DNA from: Folioceros fuciformis
Lineage: Eukaryota
Assembly: GCA_049999805.1 (NCBI GenBank)
Contig: JBNGIO010006294.1
Span: 377,115-408,963 of the forward strand
Direction of reading: 5' to 3'
DNA length: 31,849 bases
Shown piece by piece: positions 12,818 to 22,127 of the stretch (the first letter of the stretch is position 1; each line of letters starts with the position of its first letter). The position numbers were made by a program, and so were the translations under genes. The notes beneath the pieces were generated by a model, which was not told the origin of the DNA, did not search any database, and worked only from the letters and a program-made list of their open reading frames with translations.

Positions 12818-13067
12818 TCCTTCCGGTGAAGCGATGAGTAGTAGGTGAACACCTAGATCGGGTCTGGGGAAAGTGCATCAGAACTATTCAAAATGAGTTA
12901 GGGTTAGGCCAGCGCACAGTTAGGGCGAGGTAGCCTTTCTCTATGCGCACCCCCACAAGGGTGCTTATGAATAGCCAACCACAACTCTTTGCCAACAGTG
13001 TTCATGTGTATAAAGTATGGAATACATGAAAGTACTTAACCGGTATAGCCTACGTTTCATCAAGTAG

Positions 13068-16000
13068 TCATGCGAGGTCGTCATCAAGTTCATGTACATG
13101 GTTTTCTTGATCTTGCCTAAGCACGTACAAGTTCTTTCTGATAAGGTTTCGAGTGCGAGCGTGTAGCTGTTTTTGACGAGTCAACTCAAATCCATACACT
13201 GAAATAAAAGTGTTCGCGACATATATTGTGTCAATATGCTTCCAAAGTCTTCTGCTTGGCCGTCGCTTACGTCGTCGTGTAGAACCCATGACCAGGTCTT
13301 CATTCGGCAATATCATCTCCTCTTGATAATGGCCTTCAAATGCATCTGAACATTTCGTGACCCACCAATGGACTGTGATATTTTGAGTGTCATTTTCCTT
13401 CTGCGTGTCCAGCACTTTCGTGATCCAAAAAGGCCTGTTGTCTACGTCTGTCTCGCATGGGACAGCAATCATGTGCCCTACTTCAATCTCTGATACATCT
13501 CTACTGAAGCTGTCAACATCGTTCCCAACGTGTGTGTCTTTTCTATACGGTCCCACATACATATCTCTTCTAGGAACTTCTTGTATCCGTGGGTTTTCCA
13601 ACACCAAAGCATCTGGCACGAGTAACGGGGTATTTACCAACTCTGCCTCGTCGCGATTATACCATCGCCATGGCCAATCATGGTCTTGCTCTACACCCGA
13701 ATTATTAATTTGAACGATGGCCTCTTACTCGGCCCAAAATGAATCCCACCAGATGTCTTTGCCCACACCTAAGTGCTGACGTAATTTGAACTCCAATCTT
13801 GATCGAATTTGGCACAGATTATATCCTGGGACATTGTCTGTAATACTCTTTTGTTTCCTACTCCTCACCTGCAGATGCATCAGTGGAGTGGCTTTCATAT
13901 TCCTCTCCGGAACTGCTTTCAGGAGTTCTATCCCTTCATCAGGCGACCAGTATCGATTAGTGGAATACTGTTTCCCTCTCATAACTGTAACAGGTCCACG
14001 ATCTCCGCGACTCTCTTTTGTGATCTTGAACTGGTGTTGAAACGATATATTATGCAGCTGATGAACCGTTGCAACACTCTGATATCCTGCTTTCCCATAA
14101 GGTATAGGCCAAACAAACTTTCTGAAGTCTGGAACCTCCTTCACCTCTTCAACATCTGGCACGGGGGTATAAGCGCCCTGCATAAGTGCAATCAATTTTG
14201 GTAAAGTCAAAGCTTCTTTCCGACCGAGTGCTGTTGAAAACCTGGAAAACATCTGATCAACCTGGTCATGCGTATGCCCTACTAGCAGGAATTTGACTTT
14301 TATCTTCAAGAAAACCCGCTTTTCCACTAACATATTCAAATAAGAAAACAGCAACGCGTTTTTGTTCTCGCGTGCCGTGTTGTCTAGCTGCAAATAAAGT
14401 ACTCCAGGTAGCAAGCCTTCATACTCGTGAATCACGCGCTGAATAATTGATATTGTTAAGTTCGCATCGTTTCGAATGTTGCCGAACTCGATGAAGAGCT
14501 TTGGTGTCAAAGTCTTGTTGTATACCATACACCCTACTACATAGACATCAATGAGGCCAACATCCGCTAAATCTTTGGGCACTCGTACGAAATGGGGCAG
14601 GTGAGTCTTCTGTTGATCCATTCCATCTACTGATATTCCAATGTACTTTTCGGTGTCGTCATAACATTTGACCCGATGTTTTATACTCTTCTCGTGCTCT
14701 GCCTTCAGTCTTTTTGGATGAAGCTTCAAGTCAGATTCAAAGACCTCTACAAAAAACATCAAATAGTTTACATTAGAATATGGAAAAAGTGTGCGACCTA
14801 GTGGGTGTGCACCGATAGACCGGCGCACATCCGCCACAAAGCAGTCAATCCCTTCATTTCTTGCGTGGGAGAGGAAGGTGTGCGCCGGTAGACCGACGCA
14901 CACCCGCCACAAAGCAGTCAGTCCCTTCATTTCTTGAGTGGGAGAGGAAGGTGTGCGCCGGTAGACTAGCGCACACCCAGCAATGCGCAGTCACCATGAC
15001 AACTGAAGGGTTCGAAACAAGGGCAGTGCGCCGGTCTACCGGCGCACTCACAACATCATTGGGAAGAAAAAGTGCGCCGGTCAACCGGCGCACTTCACAT
15101 GATGGAATGCAGTGCGCCGGTCGACTGGCGCACGTCATATGCCTACATGAAACGTAACTGAAGAAACACGCTCACATACCTTGTTCTTCTTATCAGACTC
15201 GGCTCTGATGTTTCTTTTCAGGTAATCGCAGGTTGTACATAGCGAAAACCTGTTTGTCTTTGGAATTCGCACCTTGTAGAAATGTGAAGCCCACAATTGA
15301 CAGAAATAACAATAAGACACACTGTACTGTTTCGCTTGTTGCATTTGCTGCTTGTACTCCCTAAAAATTTCCCCTTTTGTGTACGAGTCGGGAAGATGGT
15401 ACACTTCAATGTTTGGCATGCGTTCTACAAGGAGGCAGAACAATTGATCCATCCAAACATAAGCAGCCATAGCGTGATCCCAGGTGCACTTTTCTGCGTG
15501 GACAGAGCCCACCCACATAATGTTTTTCAAAGCTCTTTCTTTTGCTGCCTTGTACCTGTTCGCACCGATGCAGAAAACTCGTCTGAACACGACCCGACAA
15601 CAGCGTATCTTTACAGATCCAATGAGAAAGGGTCCATCCGAAGTGCGCTTGACATCAAACCGGGTCTGCAAATACATTTCTTTCTCTATCCTGCACAGGT
15701 TTAGAAATGGATCTCTCAAATCCCAAAAGCTTGGTTTGCCTAAGGATCTGAGACACTGCTTTGCACAACATAGTCTCCGGTAATCTGAAGAAATGCGGAT
15801 TTCAGAACACTTTTCCTCAGGTATAGTCGAGATTTGTTTCTTCCGACTGCATCGATGATCTCCAAGAACTTTAATCAAGGACTCGGATGATGGTTTTAGA
15901 TTGTATGTTTTTCGCGGCGATGTGCCCGTCGTCTTGACCGCGTCTACGGCCAAGACATCCCCTGCTTCGGCTTCGGGCTGGAAGCGCTCTCTGGTCGATT

Positions 16001-16139
16001 CTTCTAGTACCCCGTGTCCACTCGCAATTCCTTCTGCATTCGAATCATCAAAGTCCCCGTGCAAGATTGTGCGATATGCATTTCGCTTCAGAGGTGTTGT
16101 TTTCATGGTCGCTGGCATGAAAGGATACTGGCTTCTCAA
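13068..16139 (-). pseudogene. DDD transposase (DUF7869/Sola-like), two exons (~16139 or further upstream to 15180; ~14747-13068), one premature stop at 13725-13727
   Basis: VRIPKTNRFSLCTTC...H zinc-binding-like motif, then ISVDGMDQQKTHLP, LYLQLDNTARENKN and FLLVGHTHDQVDQMFS (three candidate catalytic Asp). Strong donor AAG|GTATGT at 15179; acceptor near 14747 has uncertain phase. ORF 13068-13640 is in frame beyond the TAA. True start uncertain (in-frame sequence continues towards ~16440). Confidence 0.85.
14805..15133. repeat. Six copies of the 22-bp palindrome inside the transposase intron, including a 73-bp tandem unit
   Basis: Copies start at 14807, 14880, 14953, 15026 (73-bp period), 15072 and 15112. 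Confidence 0.92.
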
Positions 16140-16739
16140 AGGGCTTGCCGGCGTATGGATGCCGTCGAGAAGACTCAGACATACAGGAGACTGTCGGAAG
16201 TCGATGTCGATTCCTTCAGAATCATCGGGAACAAAGCAGCAAGATGGGAACAGCGAAGATCAGACTATCAACTTCAACAAACGAAAGCCCGTCTTTGACC
16301 GAAGTCGTGGCCTACCTTGAGAAATGAACTCCGATGCTTTCGTAGGCACCATGTCGCATGAGAAAGAAGCCTGCCAATCCATGCCAATGTCGCATTGATT
16401 AACCGGAAAGGAGCTTCCTTGCAGGATGCATTCTACCGTCACTCACCGATTCATTGAATACAGGTTACGCTGACATAATTAAGCCGCCTTTTTGATATGA
16501 ACGTTTGATCACTAAAACAAGTAGCTGTTGTTTATCGGGAACGGCACCTTTAATCGTTGTTCTAACATAAATGCAGAAGACGTTGCTCAAACACGCTTCC
16601 TATTTCAGGCAACACAAATTCAACTTCACAGTTGACTTTAAATCTTTTCGTTCAAAGCTTTAGTCGTTGCTGAGTGCTTCTGCATCAACTCTGGTCATTT
16701 GAAGTTTTCTCGTTCGCTTCCTCTCCTGCGCAGGCGAAA

Positions 16740-17496
16740 ATGGCAGCAGGCCGGCGAAGCAACAAGCATCTGAATGCAGCTATTGATCTTGAAGTATTGG
16801 AGGCACCATCACGGCCAAGGATACCAAGACAGGGGGCGAAAGCTTTAGCTCACGCTGCATCTGACCCCATCATCGAGAGAGAGAACCAGCGGCGACCATC
16901 GATCACAGTAGGAGATGTTACACCATAACCAACAGCTCGCGCATTGAGGAAAGACAATTCAGGAGGGAGCATCCGTGCCTCGAACAGCAAAGCTAGCGAG
17001 GTTAATGTTAACCAGGTGCCTATAAATGTGACTCATGGTGGCAGCACTAGTGGTAGTTAGAACCACAATATTCCAAATGCGTACAACTTCATTGAGCGCT
17101 TGAAGCTAAAGAAACTTGAAGACACGCTTGCTAAAAGGTTCAACACAGACAAAGAGTGGTTTTTAGTGATGGAAGAGGAGCCAGCAGACTACAGTTTGCC
17201 GTGGGTGCCGCCCCATGGCTCTGTGGATTAATGGTTTCCAAGGCCTGCCGGACGATGAGGCAGGGAGGCCTGGGTGGATTCTCTGTGCATCCATTGACGG
17301 CGTCGAACACAAAACACACGTCAATTTCATTTGCACGCGGCACCCACCAAGCCATATCATCGATGAGTACGATAGCCACAACCTGATTGTGGTGAATTTT
17401 GTGAAAGCTGTGCCACGGCGATGTGAACCGATGTGGCTAAAAACGGCTTTGAAAGATTGTCTGAGTGTGCAAGATGTTAGTATATGCCTAGCTTAG
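16740..17496 (+). pseudogene. Disrupted ORF of unknown function inside the transposon (separate gene or 5' exon of the ParB-MTase gene)
   Basis: From ATG 16740 the frame reads through TAA (16926) and TAG (17058) into YNFIERLKLKKLEDTLAKRFNTDKEWFLVM. It then shifts frame to LWINGFQGLPDDEAGRPGWILCASIDG. Possible donor GTTAGT at 17476. Confidence 0.45.
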
Positions 17497-17500
17497 CCCT

Positions 17501-17509
17501 AAACCCTAA
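17501..17509 (+). promoter_or_regulatory. Telo-box (AAACCCTAA) upstream of the acidic exon of the ParB-MTase gene
   Basis: gccctaaaccctaa read directly; telo-boxes are common near plant transcription starts. Confidence 0.35.
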
Positions 17510-17562
17510 TTACTGGCTTGTTCTGGGTGTAACAGGGAGGTGAATAGTTCTGCCAAACTATC

Positions 17563-20481
17563 TTGCGATTCTATGCCGATTGCGTCTTCGAGAACCGCGC
17601 GCTTGCATTCAGGATCGCCGGGGAGCGCCAGCAAATTGCGACAATCGCAGATTTTACTGCCAGCGCAGGAAGGGTGACAAGGAAGCAAGTGGAGATGCCG
17701 GGCTTGCAGCCAGAACTATCTGAAGAGGAGTTGCGGGAGGTTGAGGAGCTGAGCTCAGACGAGGAGAAGGAGATGGGAGGTTACTCCTCGACAGAAGACA
17801 GCCTCAACGAGGCCATGGAAGGTGGAAGAGGCTTACGGTCTGACCGGGAAGAAGAGGAGGAATCGCCTGTGGAGGTCACGCCCCCCAGAACGAAGCAGAA
17901 GATGGTGCTCCGGCCTACCGGCACCCCAGTCATGAAGAAGAAGAAGACGGCCATGACCTCTCTTGCGAGGTCTTGAAAAAGAGCCACAAGTGGGTATCTT
18001 GCTAATCGGTCTGCAATGTGGTCGGGTCTGGTTTCCTTACTGTCTGGTTTCTTGTCGTGAATATCTGTTGCAACAATTGCTGTGGTGTCATTGCAGCTTC
18101 ACCACAGAAGAGGAAGAGCAGGTCGACAGGGTCTGCCAACGAGGCCTCTATGAGGCGGAAGCAGAGGCGGCAGGCTCAAGGGCCTACTTTCGAGGACGAG
18201 CCGCCCCGAACAGTTGTTCGATCTTCATGTGGATATCCTCCACCCTACAAGCTATATCACAGCAGATGCCCAGATTCATGAGGTTGACGAAGCTTGGATG
18301 AAGTGCCTGGTCAGGCAAATGCAGACAGGGTCTGTGAAGGAAGGTATTTTATCTCTCCTATGCATGATTGATCCGAAACAAGCTTGCAAGAAGGAGGATG
18401 TTTTGCTCGAGAAGATAACAACACAGGGGTACCAGATGGGAGTGCTTGGGGGCAACCATTGCTTTGCAGCTATGCAGAAGCTGCATCAGATGTACCTAGG
18501 AGAAGACAAGTGCGAGTGGATGGAAGGGCATGTTTATGCAGGCCTCACAAATGAGGAAATGCGAGTCCTTGCTGTTGATCACAATGTGTTTGCCGACAAA
18601 CGAAAGAGGATGGGCTTCATCAAACAAGTAAGATATATCCATGATGAGTTGGATATTTTCTACAGGAGCCACGACCTGGACAAGAAGCCACCAGTGAAGT
18701 GGAAATTCAATATGTACAGGTTGTTGGGGATGACTGATGAGGCAGGTGACCCAAGGGATATTGACTGGGTCCAGAAGATGGTGGATAGACAGACATTGCC
18801 ATATCGGGTGGCAAGGTGCAGCGGAGTCCTGTGGGAGGACGTGGACATGATCTTTAAGATGTGGGAGAGGAGCGAGCTTCCGGAATAGGTAGTAGGAGGG
18901 AGCACAGGCACGAAGAAGCGGGCGAAAGCGAAGAGGAAGCCAGGGAAGCTGGCATAGCTTCCAGTAGCACTCCGATTGCTGACGAGTCCACCAAGAAGGT
19001 AATGACAATGCAGGGCAGGCCTTGGAGGGCCTTTCAAGGGGTTCCAGCAAGAGCAAAAGGAGAAGAAATGTTGATCGCAGTGACGCAGAAGGTCATACAG
19101 GGGAAGCTCCAGCTAAAGGATATGGACGCAGAGGTGGGCAAGAGGAAGAAGATCCATATGATATAGCACGCATTTCGCATAGCGTTGAAGTGCGCGACCT
19201 TCGAAGAAGCCGAACAGATCTACCCCAAGCACACCGAAGACGCGAATCTTCTTCGATTCCAGACGGCTTTCGCGAAAGTGGTAAGTTTCCTTTTATTTCC
19301 TTCTTCAATCTCGACTAACCTTGGACACTCACCAGATTGGCTTGGTCAGTGGCTGGAGTGCACCGGTCTACCGGTGCACTACAGCCCTTATGAAGGACTA
19401 GGGCCAGACTGTGGCCGGAGTGCGCCGGTCTACCGGCGCACTCCAAGCATCCTGGCTGCTTAGGCGCAGCATGTGGCTGGAGTGCGCCGGTAGACCGGCG
19501 CACTCCAGCCCGCGCTTGGCCTGTGCCGTTCATATGGGCTAGAGTGCGCCGGTCGACTGGCGCACTCCTGCCATTGACCAAGCCAATGGTGCAGTCTAAC
19601 CATTTTGAAGAATGAATGCTACATAGTTTGCTGACGAATGTATTTATTGGCAGAAACCTACAGATATAAACGACTTGGAATCGTTGCCCAAGTCGTTCCA
19701 GGATTACGTGTACTCAGCACGGAACTGAAAGCGGTTAGAAGAGGAGAAGCAGAAGCTAGCGGACGCCGACATGGATGCTGGGTTGTCAGAGTTCAGAGTG
19801 TCCAACAGCAACCAAAAAACCAAGTATCAAGTGATGTAGTGAAGCGTTCTCGAGATGAGTGGTTTTTTGGTAAAGAGACCTTATACCCTATTGTTCGCTG
19901 ATTTGTCTCGTAGGCTTCAACGACATGATTACGACACGCAGTTGACTAACGAGGAACTTGAAGATATGATCAAGGGGTTTTCGGAATGCACGACTAGCAA
20001 TGTTTATCGAGGGGTGCTTATGCATGGAGTTGACCTGATCTCACAAGCGAGAGAGGCACTTAGGCCGTGGTGCAAGAAAGGCACCATACAGACACTGGTT
20101 TGGGAAAAGACGAATATTCCGCCGAATGCAAGGGCAGTGGAGACTGTGGAGTACTTGACAGTTGGCAGTGCAGACCACTTGGAAGCTTAGACCACCAAAG
20201 CAGCCTTATTCGCGAATCAGGGTTTTCTACTGCCAAGAGTGATAAGGCATGGTGCTGTTGTGAAAAAGCACCTTTTTCACTTGGCAGATTCGATGGTCGT
20301 CTCCCCATACCAGAAGCCGTTGGGGCTTATGGGGATGCTAGTGAACATGTTTTCGATTGAAGGGGACTGGGTCGTGGATGCCTGTGCAGGATCCGGATCA
20401 TTCCTTCAGGCTGCTATTCAGAGAGGGAGGCATGTAGTCGCGATGGACGTCGATATACGTTGCACGACTAGACGTAGCTAA
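17563..20481 (+). pseudogene. Spliced gene: acidic/NLS region + ParB/Sulfiredoxin-like domain + helical linker + beta-class N4-cytosine/N6-adenine DNA methyltransferase (N6_N4_Mtase-like). Introns 17990-18096 and 19281-19653
   Basis: ParB-like: QIHEVDEAWMKCLVRQMQTG and YQMGVLGGNHCFAAMQKL. MTase in beta order: YTLLFADLSR (motif IV position, 19900), TLVWEKTN...VEYLTVG, SPYQKPLGLMGMLVNMFSIEGDWVVDACAGSGSFLQAAIQRGRHVVAMDVD (motif I at 20377-20400). Both introns preserve frame. In-frame stops at 17974, 18886, 19164, 19726, 19837, 19840 and 20188, plus frameshifts near 18210 and 18900-18960. Start codon uncertain. Confidence 0.82.
19336..19587. repeat. Four-copy palindrome array with exact 62-bp period, enclosed by an 18-bp inverted repeat, inside intron 2 of the ParB-MTase gene
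   Basis: 22-bp cores at 19358, 19420, 19482 and 19544, each extending to ~36 bp (GGCTGGA...TCCAGCC) with 26-bp spacers. Flanks attggcttggtcagtggc / gccattgaccaagccaat. Confidence 0.92.
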
Positions 20482-20870
20482 CCAGGCTCAGAGGGGAGCG
20501 ATTCCGAGGAAGACTACAACAACCGTGGGATTGATGTGGCCACGATACATGTGAGCGGGTGCCTTGTAGGGGTACCATACCTGCTTGCCCACAACATCCT
20601 ACCGGTATGGAGAATGGAGAAACCTTTAAGAGGATGACCTCATTGCAAGCTCAAAAGAGCAAGTACATGTAATAATCCATTATAAAACTTGCTGCACACA
20701 TGTTACAAAATGTGTCACAAACCACCCTATTATGCAATAATAATACCGCATTCGAATTAAAGCATATTACTAACCTCATGTGCAATGAAGAAGATTGTCT
20801 TAGTAGAAGCTTATCATGAGCTGCACCTTAAGCAAGATAACCTTAATACAAGGCACTGAAATGAGGTGTT

Positions 20871-21012
20871 TACTGAAGTTAATAACACTTATGGCCTTCT
20901 TGATGTGATTGTGAAAAAAATGTAAGATGAAAATGGAAAGTACTAAAGTTAATAACACTTATGGTTTTCTTGATGTGATTGTGAAAAAAATGTAAGATGA
21001 AAATGGAAAGTA
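20871..21012. repeat. 70-bp tandem duplication (2 copies)
   Basis: tact(g/a)aagttaataacacttatgg...gatgaaaatggaaag at 20871 and 20941. Confidence 0.9.
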
Positions 21013-21080
21013 TTAGAAACGATATCAAAAGGCGAAAGAGAGTAAAATAGCAATGGGGAGTATAATACCATTTGGCTACA

Positions 21081-21211
21081 CTTTCATGTATTATGATTGA
21101 TCTTGGAGACAAGAACCTAAAATTCCAAGGGATTCTAGGTGTCTTACCTTTATGCATTATCATTGATCTTGGAGAGAAGAACCCAAAATTCCAAGGATTC
21201 TAAGCATCTTA
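21081..21211. repeat. ~66-bp diverged tandem duplication (2 copies)
   Basis: attgatcttggaga(c/g)aagaacc(t/c)aaaattccaagg occurs twice. Confidence 0.8.
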
Positions 21212-21727
21212 TATGTTGGTAAGTCAAAGGCTTTGCAAGATACAGATAACTCACTTTCAAATGTTACAAAGAGTGGAACTTAGTTGACTTTGAGCTAGCT
21301 TTAGATTTGGTGATTTACTTCGTGCATCTTATTATGTAATTTCTAATTTTGATGATTTCGCTCAAGAACAATGTGTGGAATCCCAAGTAAGCCAAACATG
21401 TATACAATACATGTGATACTAGAGAAGGCAAAAAAGTCAAGCATAGAAGTTCCTCTACTTTGAGAGTTAGAAAGAAAATTGCAACAGACCTTTTCTTTTT
21501 AAACTATTGATCGAAGATTGAAGTTGCTATGTTGACAAACGAAGCCTTACTTGAAATTTAATGTTGTTCGTTCGATTTTCATCCTTATTTGTGATTGAAT
21601 CAATAAGAAATACAACATTTGCTAATTGCTCCTTTGAAATCATACTAGTATACTATGCCATAGGCAAAGCTCCTACCCATACATATCCGCAATAATATGA
21701 GGCGGCAACCCCATAACATGACAACAA

Positions 21728-21830
21728 GTTCCATAATTGTTGAGCAAAACATGTAGGGGCGTAGCGTATCAACCAAAAGAGGTTCCATAATTGAAGCACA
21801 AAACATGTAGGGGTGTAGGATATCAATCCA
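21728..21830. repeat. ~54-bp diverged tandem duplication (2 copies)
   Basis: gttccataattg...aaaacatgtagggg(c/t)gtag occurs twice. Confidence 0.75.
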
Positions 21831-22095
21831 AACTAGAAGTTAGGATATAACATCTTATAAGTGAATTGCAATTGAACATCCCACACCTTAGCACCAATCT
21901 TGCATATGTATATCTCTCCATAATGTGATTTTCCAAGGAAACTTTCTCCATTACATCCTCCGCTTCCTAGATAATAATTGCTCCAAAATTTCATATATTG
22001 CAAATAAAAAAATTATAATGGAAGTAATTTAATATTTTTCATTATCAAATCCAAGAGGTGCATGATAATTAGAAGACCATAACAACATAGGTGAT

Positions 22096-22123
<28 letters not shown>
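22096..22123. repeat. (TA)14 microsatellite
   Basis: Read directly. Confidence 0.95.

Positions 22124-22127
<4 letters not shown>

Larger units (their letters stand above)
12418..20481. mobile_element. Large DNA transposon (Sola-like/DUF7869-type DDD transposase) carrying a ParB-like/DNA amino-methyltransferase gene; right end not found
   Basis: Starts at CAGGGTCTG exactly where LINE homology stops. Contains divergent transposase and ParB-MTase genes, linked by one 22-bp palindrome family not seen elsewhere in the window. No matching right TIR seen. Confidence 0.75.

Noticed and set aside
14750-14930. N-terminal ~60 aa of ORF 13725-14930 and ORFs 14854-15138, 14861-15157
   Set aside because: Translation of the intronic palindrome repeats, not real coding sequence.
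19351-19572. True CRISPR array
   Set aside because: Eukaryotic intron, no cas genes, repeats switch orientation midway, and spacers 1 and 3 are related by inversion rather than independently acquired.
12418-20481. Bacterial contamination or recent HGT of a ParB-MTase operon
   Set aside because: Both genes carry spliceosomal introns with consensus donors, the element is nested in a plant LINE, and it shows host-type deamination decay.
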